Of a stretch of 64,000 nt of DNA, positions 14,688-26,833 are shown one piece after another. Within the stretch, counting starts at the first letter, position 1. Every line of letters starts with the position of its first letter. The stretch comes from Felis catus (Eukaryota), in the NCBI RefSeq assembly GCF_018350175.1, contig NC_058368.1, positions 142,416,001 through 142,480,000 on the forward strand, read 5' to 3'. The notes under the pieces were generated by a model. It made no database searches. It had not been told where the DNA came from and was given only the letters and a program-made list of their open reading frames with translations. The translations under genes and the position numbers were made by a program.

Positions 14688-14745
14688 CTATTATATCTGT
14701 AGGAATGCTGGTAAGTCTCAATGATCAACTTCAGAAAAATGCCAC
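14688..14745 (-). other. Spliced exon (58 nt), probably a 5' UTR exon of the same minus-strand gene
   Basis: Minus strand reads tctaagtttttttcactttgtttctccag|GTGGCATT...GATATAATAG|gtaagt: branch-like CTAAG, long polypyrimidine tract, CAG acceptor and consensus donor. No ATG; two of three frames are closed. Confidence 0.8.
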
Positions 14746-15465
14746 CTGGAGAAACAAAGTGAAAAAAACTTAGATTTTTTTTTTTTAAACGTAAAGAAGA
14801 TTTAGCATACAATTTTACGTCTCATTAAAATATGTGATGTTTTAAATATTGGCCCCCAGGCAGGAGACAGTTCAACCTGCATTAGAACACAGTCACCCAT
14901 TCTTGGAAACACTGATGTACTAACACAAGGTCCAAACCAGAACAAATGAGAACAGTGGGGAAGGTACAGCCCATGAATATGGACATTACTGCATCCTTTC
15001 TTTTCCCCTCACAAGGACATCAATTTGAAGGTACTGCATCCTTCAGGGCACTTTATGAACAGCCATAAAAGGTTCAAATAATTCTGAAACAAATTAAGGA
15101 ATGAAATATAAAATTGTGAATGAGGAAACTACCCTGGAAGTATTCTATATCCTTTTCAGTTACTCTGTTAACTTTTTTTAAAAGGCAAACTCACAAGGAT
15201 GTCCAAAACTGGAGAAAGGGAAAAATGGTCATTACAACTCTAACACAGTAAATAAAGGAGTCAAGAAATAAGAATTTCTTCAGTGATTAGTTTATTTAGA
15301 AATCAAGTATTCCTTCTGGTGTTCTCAAAGTCTTGTGGTAACCCTAGAAAATTATAAGCCTATTAATATATTCACAAAGAATCCAAAAATATCTATTCAG
15401 CAAGGCTTTGGAATATTAAATATCAATGAAACAAATTTCTAATGTAAAATATCAGAGTTATCATT

Positions 15466-15562
15466 TGGTCATTTTACATGATCAGTTACATCATGCTGAC
15501 ATTATGTATCATATGTTGATATGTAAGATCAGCACAATGTGACATCAGATTATAACCTGTCC
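15466..15562. repeat. Imperfect palindrome (27-bp core arms, 5-nt spacer)
   Basis: 15485-15511 matches the reverse complement of 15517-15543 at 20 of 27 positions, with weaker pairing further out. Confidence 0.75.
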
Positions 15563-16984
15563 AGACAGGCAGTATTTCCATTGACAGATGAAAAAACTAA
15601 CAATGAAAGAAACACAGAAACTTCGTCAGCATCACATACACCCAGGGTTTCCGAATTGCAATCCTTTCATCCTACCGTGCAGCCCCTTGAAAACACCTTC
15701 TACCCTAACACCTGCTAATCTACTCACTACCTCCCCAGACAGAAACCTGACATTCCATAACACAAACACTCTGGAAAAGAAACCAACTAGCAGATAAAAT
15801 GAACTTGTGTTTTTTGTATGCTTAAAAATAATTTCTTCACTTCAAAATGGTTAGCCTAATCATGCTATTTAGGGACTGTAATGTAACACTGTATAGCAGT
15901 AAACATTTAGAAATAAAGGGTTTAGAGTTCAAGAAATGGTAAGCGCACAAACAGGATAAGACAGATGAAACAAAATATTTGAGAGCCTCAATTCTATTGA
16001 TAAACAGAAAAGCAGGAAAAATCGTCGTGTCCATTTTCTATCATCAAACTTTCAAATATCCCATCATCAAATTTTGATAATGGAGTGTATAATAGCAGGC
16101 TAAAATTTTCCACATTTATACCCAGATAACTAGTTTAACAGTAGCAACATCAGTGTTAACCTAAACGGGACCTGAGGTTGAAAAGCCAGCAAGCGGCTCA
16201 AAGGCTCCTCCATCTACATCCGTCATTTTAGTTCAATAACAAATTCGAAGATAGTGAACAATGGTCATTAGGTTCCACTTTATAAAACATAAATACACAG
16301 AAGAATTCTAAACTCACAAGGTCTTTTGTTATAATAGCTTAGGGGAGTTATGATTTTTTTAAGTGGTTCTTTATAAGTTAATTACTAGCTAAATTCCAAG
16401 CATTTCCCACAATTTAATTTCACCCCTTCAGGGAAAGTCACAGGAAGTCATGATCAGTATTTTTATCTGAAAACTGCTTCTGTGAAATAAGCCGCTAAGA
16501 TTATTACAAATGGGTCTGTTGCGATGGAGCTCTTGATCAACATTTCATTACCCCTCAAAGCTGAATCAGCACAGTTCAAAATCAAAGATAACATCTAAAA
16601 AATCTTTTGTTCGATACAACACAAGGAAAACTCTAGACAGTTAGGACAGATCTCCAGCCTCTAACAGTAATAGAGAAGGCAGGGTCATATCCTGACTCCC
16701 ACCTAAAGCTTTCCGAACTCACGCTGCCAGTAAAACGCATTTCCTAGAATAAATAAATTTGGTCTGAAGCTCTGAAGAAAAAACGCATTTGAGAATAAGT
16801 TTTCACTGTCATGATTAACCTTTTCTGACAACAAAGTCCTATCTTGTAAAATCACCAAAATGACAAGATAACATGTGACAAGAGGGCATTATGTTATTTT
16901 TATTTTCTAAAAATGTTATTTTAGAACTTTGGTAGACTAACAATATACTAAGTCATAGAGCCCTCAAAAGTTCACAAAAAAATA

Positions 16985-17355
16985 ATTACTGCATGAGGCA
17001 TGAACTTTCAGGCACTGTTGTACGTCCTTGGTGGGAATTAACTCACTTCTCACAAAAACCCCGAAGTAGGTACTAATATTATCCCACTTTAAAGACGAAG
17101 AAGCAGGCACAGAGAAGTTTAAAGAACTCTCTGAAAGTTACACGGCTTGTAAGAAGTGAAGATTCAAGTCTGTGCAAAGGAACACACTTACTCCTAACAG
17201 CTGAATTATACAGGCAGGGCAAAATAAATTTAGCCCCATTTTAAATTTGAGGGAAATGAAACTCTGAGGAATAAAGGCTGACTTCCCCCCAAACCACACC
17301 GCCAGTCAGCAACAGGGTCAAGAAGAGAACCTGGGGCATCCAACTCCAGCGTCAG
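16985..17355 (-). mobile_element. Two MIR fragments
   Basis: gtaggtactaatattatcccacttt...gaggaa/aggcacagagaagtt and ccccattttaaatttgagggaaatgaaactctgag MIR-core-like words. Confidence 0.6.
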
Positions 17356-17422
17356 CGCTATTTTTTTTTTTTTTTTATTTGCTTGTTTTTGTTTTAAATT
17401 CTGTTAATCAACATGTAACTCA

Positions 17423-17639
17423 GGGCACCTGGGTGGCTCAGTCGGTTAAGTGTCCGACTTGGGCTCAGGTCATAATCTCACAGGGTGCAAGTTCGAGCCG
17501 TGCATCAGCTCGTGCTGACAGCTCAGAGCCTGGAGCCTGACTCAGAGTCTGTGTCTCCCTCTCTCTCTCCCCTCCCCTACTCATATTCTGTCTCTTTCTC
17601 TCTCTCAAAAATAAATAAACGTTAACAAAACAAAACAAA
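17423..17639 (+). mobile_element. SINEC
   Basis: Full length; TSD aacatgtaactca. Confidence 0.95.
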
Positions 17640-17866
17640 AACATGTAACTCAATGAAGACGGTGTGTTCTGCCTTTAATCTCTGAGAAGACACTTCAAGG
17701 TCTTCCCAAGGGCTGCGGCCACTATAAGAACATCTAGTGTAGTGCATACAGAGGTGTAATCATGCTGTCATTTCGCCGGTTTCCATTTCTCTTTGTGCAA
17801 TTATGTTTTCGCTTGCTGGTTAATAAACACAGAGGAGCTTATAAAAAGCAGAAATATAAGTCTTTA

Positions 17867-18098
17867 GGGGCGCCTGGGTGGCGCAGTCGGTTAAGCGTCC
17901 GACTTCAGCCAGGTCACGATCTCGCGGTCCGTGAGTTCGAGCCCCGCGTCAGGCTCTGGGCTGATGGCTCAGAGCCTGGAGCCTGCTTCCGATTCTGTGT
18001 CTCCCTCTCTCTCTGCCCCTCCCCCGTTCATGCTCTCTCTCTCTCTCTCTGTCCCAAAAATAAATAAAAAGTTGAAAAAAAAATTAAAAAAAAAAAAA
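17867..18098 (+). mobile_element. SINEC, young feline subfamily
   Basis: CpGs intact; TSD agaaatataagtcttta at 17850-17866 and 18099-18115. Confidence 0.97.
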
Positions 18099-20188
18099 AG
18101 AAATATAAGTCTTTATATTATCATTCGTTCATCTTCATTTTTATAGATCAGTAGTCTCCTTGACCATTGCAATTATTTATAACCCAAGAAAGGCAGGCAT
18201 TATTTACTTAGCAAGTATCCTAAATGAAATTAAAACCATCGTTCTTTTTGCACATTAAGGAGTTAAAAAGTTTTTCCTTCCCATTCATCTCCATTTGGGT
18301 TGCGTGCCCTTCATGCCCTTCTGTTCCACTTCCGGAGATCAGGGGGAGAAACAATAGCTGCCTTTAGGGCCTGAGCACAGCACCCACGTGATAGGCACCA
18401 GCTCTTATTTACTGAAATGAATTGAACCGCCAAAAACAGGAAGCAGAGTTGTAAGACCCCTTTCTCAGTTATAAATTTCTGTGACTTGAAATGTGCTGAT
18501 TTGAGTTGTTTCATGTAACTCTGTAAAACTAGAACCAACAAGTGTAATTTATATTGGAAGTTATAGGGATAAATTTCAGCTCAACCGAAGAAAGAGTGTC
18601 ATAATAAACAGAGCTGCCACGCAGAGGACCAGGTCGCCTCTGGGGTGGGTTAAGAGGCAGCAGCTCATGATCACAAAAGCCAACGAAGGGGAAAGAATCA
18701 TTCCATGAACCACGCAATAGTTCCCTACACTCATCCTTGGTGAGAACAGGAGTTCCCACGGCAGAAGACTAGAGAAGTTAAATGATACTTGACAACTCAT
18801 TTTCTCATGTGACCCACACGATGAGTAGAAGGCAGTTGGAGTGAGGGTGCGGGGCAGACGTCACTTATTATTCCTACTTTACAGACTAGGAATTTGAACC
18901 ACTTACGCTAAGTCACACAATTAGTAAATGCTAGGTCCTTGCAACATGGTGCTTTTCAACCATCATACTTAGTCATCAAGGACGAGGGCAAGGAAGGGAC
19001 CCTAAAGACTTGAAGCATGGAAATGAAACCAAAGGAGATGTGCTAAAAGCAAAATATGGTAAGAGCCCTGTTATTCTTACAAACTACTCTATCTCCATCT
19101 AAGAAGTACTCTGGAGTTTTTAGTAGACAACTCTCTAGGCTCTGCTTTACTTGTGTCGACTAAAGGAATAATTGTCCAAATCCTACTTCACAACACGCTG
19201 TTGATACCCTATATGCTTGTATATGGTTCACATTTTAAGGGGAGTCGGTGGCAGCCTAACAGACACGAAGAGCAGGGTCCCGTTTCTGCATCCAAAGCAT
19301 AAAATGTTGTTCAAAGACAGGTCCAGGAGAACCTCACACTTATGTCTGACAACGGAAGTTTAACAGAAATGGGTCAGTCACTGAAGACTGCTGAACCTTG
19401 CAAGATTTTTTAAGGAAAGACATGACAGTGTCAAATTTCACAAACCTGTCTACAAGCAGAGAGAGTGGCAGGTCGCCAAAGGCTGGACTGTGTTAACTCA
19501 TGTGAAAGGCTGGGAACTTGAGCCTCTACAATGCCCGCCCTGCCACTCAGCCGCGCAGTGAATGACTGAAGTTCAAGTTTCTAGAGACCTCATAGTCTAT
19601 AAGCCAAATGTTGTTAATCACAGAAACTTCCTTTCGCTCTTAAGGAAGGAGAAACTACTTGATTCAAAAATCCCATCAACATGAGGCTATTAAAGGGTAA
19701 GTTTTTAAATATCTGAAAACAACAGAAGAACCTACCAGTGTGCCAGAAACAAGTCTGACTCAATTATACTGCCTTTTAACACATCAGGTTTGGGCACCAT
19801 GTTCATTCACATAATTGTTAGCCTTTCCCCAACATTTAGTGATAAATCTACTGGACCAGAAGCTCCTTGAGACTACACCTTACTCTAGCTTACTCCTTTA
19901 CGTATCTCCTGCACTTAGCACACTGCATGGTACAGAGTAGACATTCCATAAATGTTTACTAAATAAATAAATGGATTATTTCCTACAGATAGAAAAGGCA
20001 GGATAGGGGGAAGAAAGAAATACGGGTTTGACAAGATGGAGAAAATCATCACAAAGATGACAGCAGGAAATCCAGGAGGAGAAAGTACTAGAGACAAAGG
20101 ATGAGTTGGCAGGTATGGAAGGCAGTGGTTACCCTGACCACACAGGGGGAGTCCTCAAGTGGGGTGTGTTTCAAAATACCAAGGTCTA

Positions 20189-20441
20189 GGGGCGCCTGGG
20201 TGGTGCAGTCGGTTGGGCGTCCGACTTCAGCCAGGTCACGATCTCGCGGTCCGTGAGTTCGAGCCCCGTGTCGGGCTCTGGGCTGACGGCTCAGAGCCTG
20301 GAGACTGTTTCTGATTCTGTGTCTCCTTCTCTCTCTGCCCCTCCCCCGTTCATGCTCTGTCTCTCTCTGTCTCAAAAATAAATAAATGTTAAAAAAAAAA
20401 AAAATGAAAAAAAAAATGAAAAAAAAAAAATGAAAAAAACA
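20189..20441 (+). mobile_element. SINEC, young feline subfamily
   Basis: Long A tail; TSD aaaataccaaggtctag. Confidence 0.97.
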
Positions 20442-23380
20442 AAAATACCAAGGTCTAGACCAACCTCCATGATATCCTTGGAATACAAGTGGCGGAAGAG
20501 GGTGACCAGGGCAAGTACGTATAAAGAGTCCTTTAGTGATTCTCAGAAATACTCTTCCAAATGACAACTACTCTTAATATTCTTGGTCTTCTGTTTTTTA
20601 ACCTTGAATATAGCTATGTGATCATTTTGCAAGACAGAAACACTCGTGAATATTGTCGAGCACTGGCAATGGGCAAACCTCATCAAATACCTCAAGCACT
20701 TGTTTAAGAATAAGTCATTGAAGATGGACGGACAAAGGTCATTAACAGGCAGACAGGGGAGTGCAGCAGGCTCAGAGGGCATGCCAAGGCTAACGGGCAG
20801 CCATTCAGGTAGCGTGGACCAAAAGCGCAGACAAGCCCTTTCTCTGTGTGACATTTCCTAGCAGTCTGCATTCCAAATCTGGGCATAAACTTGAGATAAT
20901 AACAGACCAAGATTTCTGAAAAACATGCCAAGATTTAAACTAGAAATAAACAAAGTCTACATATTAAAAACATTTCCAAAGAGGGTAATATGGACACACT
21001 CAGGTGAGAGCATATATACAGCAAGTAGAGACACTGTTCCCAGGCTGGCCATCAATTATAATCCCCTTAAGGTCTAGGAATGAGCCCCTCTGGCCTGTGG
21101 AAAGACACCAAGACCCTTGCATAGCAACACTTTCACACAGGTGAAATTCACTGAGGGGGCAAGGCTGTTACACCATCAAAACAGGCTAACTCACCATTCT
21201 GGAAACGTCTTTCCTTTAAAGGATTTGAAATCTCCTGCAAAAGAAGGCAAGAAATCCAAGAGTCTCTGCATCCAAGCAACGCTGATTCTAGTGATAAAAG
21301 ACAGTGTGCTTTTGGAGGCCCGGCTCCCATATCGAAAGTATTTATCCTTTTCATTACCTTGCATATGCTAAAAGCATTTATCTGTCCATTACTTTATCCA
21401 CCCCTTATCAAAAATTATCTCTTGGGCACCCAATCCCTGCCAAGCACCAGGGTGACCAGAACAAACGAGGCGTGATTTGCTACTCCCAAGAGAAGTACTG
21501 TCTCTCCTGCACCCTCAGCAGTCCTCTGCCTCGGTGCCAGGTCCCAAGGGTCCACGGGTCCCAAGACAAGGTCCCAAGACCCACGAAGCGTCTGGCAGCC
21601 ATCGTGTATACCACAACATACGTGGGTCACTGCTATCTCTTCCAGGTGCACTTACATCGACAGTTTTAAGTCTACATAACCAAAGGCTTTGAGCTTTTCT
21701 AAAACCTTGACATTAGCGAGCAAGGAACAGGATTTTGGTGAAGCAGAGCCGGAGAAGAGGAAAATTCGCTCACCCCTTGGAGGGTTCAGAAGGCCTGTGT
21801 CATCTCAATAGGAGTGAGGACGACTTCTGAATACATTTCAGAGGAATAAAATCACTTCAAACTACGTGAGGACAGTATGGCGAAGCTTTTGCCACTTGCC
21901 AAGGGAAGACTTTCAAGAAATTTGTAAAATCTCTGTAGCATAACAAAACAAAGCGTACGTGAACCCTTGGTAACCATTTTTATAAAACTCATGAATTACT
22001 GCTAAGTCTTGCTCAGTAATGATGAGTGTGATTTATCAATAAAAATAAACCCCAGAACACCTCACCAGTGGAACCCTGTAACGAGGCCTGCTTCCTACAA
22101 GCACTACCCCACAAGGGAGTCCAAGCACAACCACTCCTCTCCAGGGAGGGAGGTGATGAGGTGCATACTTACTCATGAAATCTCCCAGAATAGCTCTCTT
22201 ACCTAAGCAAAGAAACGTACACACCAAAAAGACACACAATGATTTAGTTTTAAAGAATAAAAATTATCATACATAACAGAGATCTCATCACTAAATCACT
22301 GCATTTATAAAGTACTCCAAGTAAAACTTAAAGTGGTTGGGGAAGAAATTCTCTAACAAATTAGAGAAAATGAAGGGGCAAATGCAGTGAAACCAAAATA
22401 ATACCAAAGCTGCGTGTGGAAGATGGCAGCGCTTTCCTGGAGGGTCCCTGCTGCACATTCAGCCCATTCCTAATGGGCACCCTGACCAAGGGTGACTCCA
22501 GAGCCCACAGTCCTCCATTAGAAGGGCCACAGCATGTCCTTCCTGTCCCTCCCTCCAGATACCCCATCCTCACCCTGGTGGAGACCAGCCTTCCCTCCCT
22601 GAGGCTTTCAAGTATGACAGTCTTCTTGTGACACAACACAACAGAGATTTTTCAAAACACAAAAATGACTAATCTTCTAGCCAAGATGGCAGAGGCTTCT
22701 GTAACAGCTCTCAGAACCAGAACCTGCCATGATTGTCTTTATAATCAGAAAGGAAGGACACAGGATAAGGGGGATGTGAGGAAGCAATGCTCTCAGGGAG
22801 GCAGCACCTGGGAAGGAGAGAAAGGGGAAAGCCTAACCTTCTTTCTCCCATCTTTCCCTTCCCTAGGACAGCATCTAAAGTCACACTAATGGAATCTGAC
22901 TTCTTAGAACACACCCGATCCCAGCTCACTTATCCTAGGGATTTGCTGACCACTCTCCTTCACAAGTCACGGTGCTGTGATCCCTCATTATGTGGCCTGC
23001 TTTGACCCCAAATCTGACGTCGTGTCCTCCAAACTTCAGTGTCGAGGCTCCAGGGCCTCTGCCTGTGACCGTTTGCCTCTACGTCTTCCCCATCTCCATA
23101 CATGAAAATCCGCTCAAGACCCAACTCAAGTGCCATCTTCTCTGAAGTTTTCTCTAAAGTTACTCTTGCCTTTGCCCTCTTCCCACTCCTCCGTTCTCTG
23201 AGCTCATGCAGACCTCTGGGCATGGTTCTATGTCACACCCAGCACACTGGATAATAATTATTTGCTTGTCTGCCTCCCTGTTCCAAGCCCATCCACCCAA
23301 CTGGTAACATTTATAAATGGTGTCTTAGGCAACATTATAAAAATGGCCATGACTCAGTCCTTCACTAGGAAAGACTAACA

Positions 23381-23597
23381 GGGGCACCTGGGTGGCTCAG
23401 TTGGTTAAGCATCTGACTCTTGGTTTCAGCTCAGGTCACAATCTCACAGTTTCATGGGTTCAAGCCCCTTCTCAGGCTCTGCACTGACAGTAATGAGCCT
23501 GCTTGGGATTCTCTCTCTCCCTCTCCGTCCGCCCCTTCCCAGCTCATACCATCTCTTTCTCTCTCTCAAAATAAATAAACTTAAAAAAAAAAAAAAA
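23381..23597 (+). mobile_element. SINEC
   Basis: Full length; TSD aaagactaacag. Confidence 0.95.
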
Positions 23598-23599
23598 AG

Positions 23600-24250
23600 A
23601 CTAACAGAGGGTGAGGCAGGACCTCCCCAAATCACAGATATTCATATGCCTTGTCCCCTCATCTCATTCAAGTCTCTGTTCAAAGGTCACCTCCTTCTCT
23701 GATCACCCTACATAAAAAAAGAAGCACAACACACATCCTCTCAGTCTGCAGCACTGTCTGCCATCCTTACCTGGCCTTATTTTTCTCCATAGCTCTCCCC
23801 ACTGCCTAACAGCCATCCACAGAGACAGAAGAATAATAGAGATACATCTAGATTTACAGATAGAAAGGTTGTTTTTTAAGTTAGTTGTTTGTCCACTAGA
23901 ATATTAGCTCCATTAAGATAAGACCTTTATTTATTTATTTTCCTTTTTTTTTTTTTTTTTTAGGTTTATTTTTCACAGAGTGAAAGTGAAGGAGGGGTGG
24001 AGAGAGATGGGGACAGAGGATCCAAAGCAGGCTCTGACATGACAGCAGTGAGCCCCACGCGGGGCTCAAACTCACAAACTGGGAGATCATGACCTGAGCC
24101 AAAGTCAGACCCTCAACCGGGACTGAGCCACCCAGACGCCCCTAAGACAAGACCTTTAATGTGCTTTAGTTTGTGCTATATAGATCCCTAATTTCTGGAG
24201 TAGCACTTGAGACAGTGAGTTCTCAATGCGTATCAATTGGTAAACACATG
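23600..24250 (+). mobile_element. L2 3' fragment, interrupted by a SINEC
   Basis: ctcattcaagtctctgttcaaaggtcacctcc, ccactagaatattagctccat, tagcacttgagacagtgagttctcaat. Confidence 0.55.
23932..24143 (-). mobile_element. SINEC
   Basis: Reverse head at about 24143; TSD taaga(t/c)aagaccttta. Confidence 0.95.
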
Positions 24251-24860
24251 CGTGGGCAGATGATAATGTCTTGACCAAAACAGGAAACCAAGGGAAAAAA
24301 GGAGATCAGGTGAGGATATGGAAAAAAATTTGCTCATTGAGGCTTGAAGGTCCTGGTTGGGCAAACAGGGAAGGGAGATTCAAGCAGGCATGGTGGGGAA
24401 CTGAGGTAAGATTAGTGCAGGTGATATAGTTTGGGGAATTAGCATCATATAGGAGGTGACTGGAGCCATAGGTAACGGTGAGATTACCTTGAGAAAACCA
24501 TGTGCAGTGAGTAAGGGAAGAGCTGGCTATTAAAAGCCTCTACCTCGTAGGGATGTGTGTACTTGTAATGAAGGAATGGGTGTTTGTGAAATTCCCAATC
24601 TCTCCATCTCTTCAAGGCTTAGCCAAATTACACAGCAGATGCTCAGTAAATACTTACTGAATATATGAACGCTTTTAAGACTGATAAAGACCATTTTTAG
24701 TGCCACCTTAGCCTAGAGCATTTGGGCATAACGTGGATTAGAGAACTGTATGTTTACACAGGCTGTGTTTTCCTTTTGGAGGACTCCGAGTTACTCCAGT
24801 ATGATTGAAGATGAAGAGATTCTCCAGCATTACCTAGAGCATGAAATAACGCTGTTTTCC

Positions 24861-25085
24861 TTTTTTTTTTTTTAATTTTTTTTTAACACTTATTTATTTT
24901 TGAGACAGAGAGAGACAGAGCATGAATGGGGGAGGGTCAGAGAGAGGGAGACACAGAATCTGAAGCAGGCTCCAGGCTCTGAGCTGTCAGCACAGAGCCT
25001 GACACGGGGCACGAACTCACGGACCGCGAGATCACGACCTGAGCCGAAGTCGGACGCTTAACCGACTGAGCCACCCAGACGCCCC
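24861..25085 (-). mobile_element. SINEC
   Basis: Full length; TSD cgctgt(t/c)ttcct. Confidence 0.96.
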
Positions 25086-26699
25086 GCGCTGTCTTCCTTT
25101 TTATTATCTAGTGGGGCAAAGACAACAGGCAGGAACACTATTACCAGAAATGGGGTATGAAAGGCAAAAACTCATTGCTACAAGGTCCGTGAACATGAAT
25201 GTCTACCATGGTGCAAGCACTGTAGTTACAGATTTAGACCTACATCCACAAGGGGGGGGGGGGGAACTTGCTGCCACAGACTAAAGAGTAGTGACAATGT
25301 GGCATTTGTGCTAAACTCAAAGGATGAGTTAAATGTAAAGGTCCAATTTCAAGAAAGAAGAAAACAATCACTGGTTGGCTTACGTGGTTTGCTTTTAAGT
25401 TTGTGGCTAACTATAGCTTAACTAAAAATAAGCACCCAAAGTCCATGATGGGAAGACAAACGTCACTATGAGTGGCCCATTCAGAAGAGTTAGTCAAGGA
25501 GGCAAAGTCCAACACCAATACCAACCACCCACTGAAGCAACTGGGCCAAATGCCTGCTGTAAGCGATGTCGGGTCTTTCCATGGAGGGACCCTGAGGGTT
25601 CCACTGGGCAGGGCAGAGGAGGGGGCGAGCAGAATTCTCCCCCAGCTACAACCAGAGTATCTCTGCTTTTGCCTCTTTTTCTTTTCTAAACTGGAACTCC
25701 ACGGAAAATTGGGTTTGAAGAAAGCACTCACTGTTACAACAAACATTTTGAAAGCCACTGACCTGGCAAAAATTAATTCTGGGGATAAAAAGCAACAAAA
25801 GTTTTAAAATTCTAATGTGTATACCCATTTTCACAATTGGCTCATTAAGAGTATGTTAATGGTGATCATGGTGGGGGTCGTTTGTGCAGTGATTAAGAGA
25901 TGCGTAAGTTTTCTAATTCTGTAATGTTTGAATTCTGTAGAATCAAAATGAACACTTCTCTCACCAAAAAAAAAAAAAAAAAAGTGTTTGAGATACTTTA
26001 TTCCAGACTACTTGTCTTTCCTATTGTTCATAGAAAACAAGTTATAACTAAATTTAATTGCTTCCCGAGGCAAAAATGAAATCCTTTGGCTTCATACACT
26101 GCTGTGTTTGTGCTAAGAAACAAGAGAAAATGTTCCATATTTAATTAATAGTAAACACCTATTCACATAGCACCATTCTCTATGAGAATTATATGCATTG
26201 GAATAATACTTTTTCCCCAACCTCTGTAAGATGCCTATTCCTTTACAGATGCAAATCAAGGGTTTCAAATTTTTATTAAAAAACTGTGTTTAAATGAAGA
26301 AATGAGAACAAGTAGAGGAAACGGAAGATGATCTTAAGAACTTAAAAGTGAATTTCTCTTCTAATGGAGTTTCTCCCAGTTTCCGAAAAGGAGGACAGTA
26401 TATTCACGTCGAGAACCATGGAGCACTATTTCAATACTCTCTACTCTAACTTAGCGTAGGGAGTTTTGTCTTCAGACCGGAGAGACCCACAAACGGCAGG
26501 CACTGAGACTCTGGCTCACAGCGAATATTTCACATTTTCCTTTTAGCTGTTAAATATGCAAGCTGGGGGCCCTCTAGCCACCAACATGAATGCCAAGCTG
26601 TCCACTACCAGGACAAAGGCCCTACGAGGTCCCAGGAGGAAAAGCTGAGTCCGGATATCCTTCCACACTCTAACCCTCCCTGGGACCCATGGTATACAT

Positions 26700-26833
26700 G
26701 TGAGAGGCAGCTGGTCGAGGTTAAAAGTACAGTCTGGCCACACAGCCCCGCCTAGCTAACTGGCCCACAGAGCAACTGAACCCTGACCTTGGCCTCACCA
26801 CCCCCATTCTCTAACCAAATGTGTTAACTGGCT
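26700..26833 (-). mobile_element. Ancient tRNA-Ile-derived SINE (MamSINE1-like)
   Basis: Minus strand agccagttaacacatttggttagagaatggg...gccaaggtcagggttcagttgctctgtgggccagttagct resembles a decayed tRNA-Ile head. Confidence 0.6.

Noticed and set aside
20088..20567. 159-aa ORF and similar ORFs containing RETEHERGRGRER or AQSLEPASDSVSPSLS
   Set aside because: These are translations of SINEC sequence.
26760..26833. tRNA-Ile gene
   Set aside because: Heavily decayed, with the anticodon arm destroyed; better explained as an ancient SINE head.
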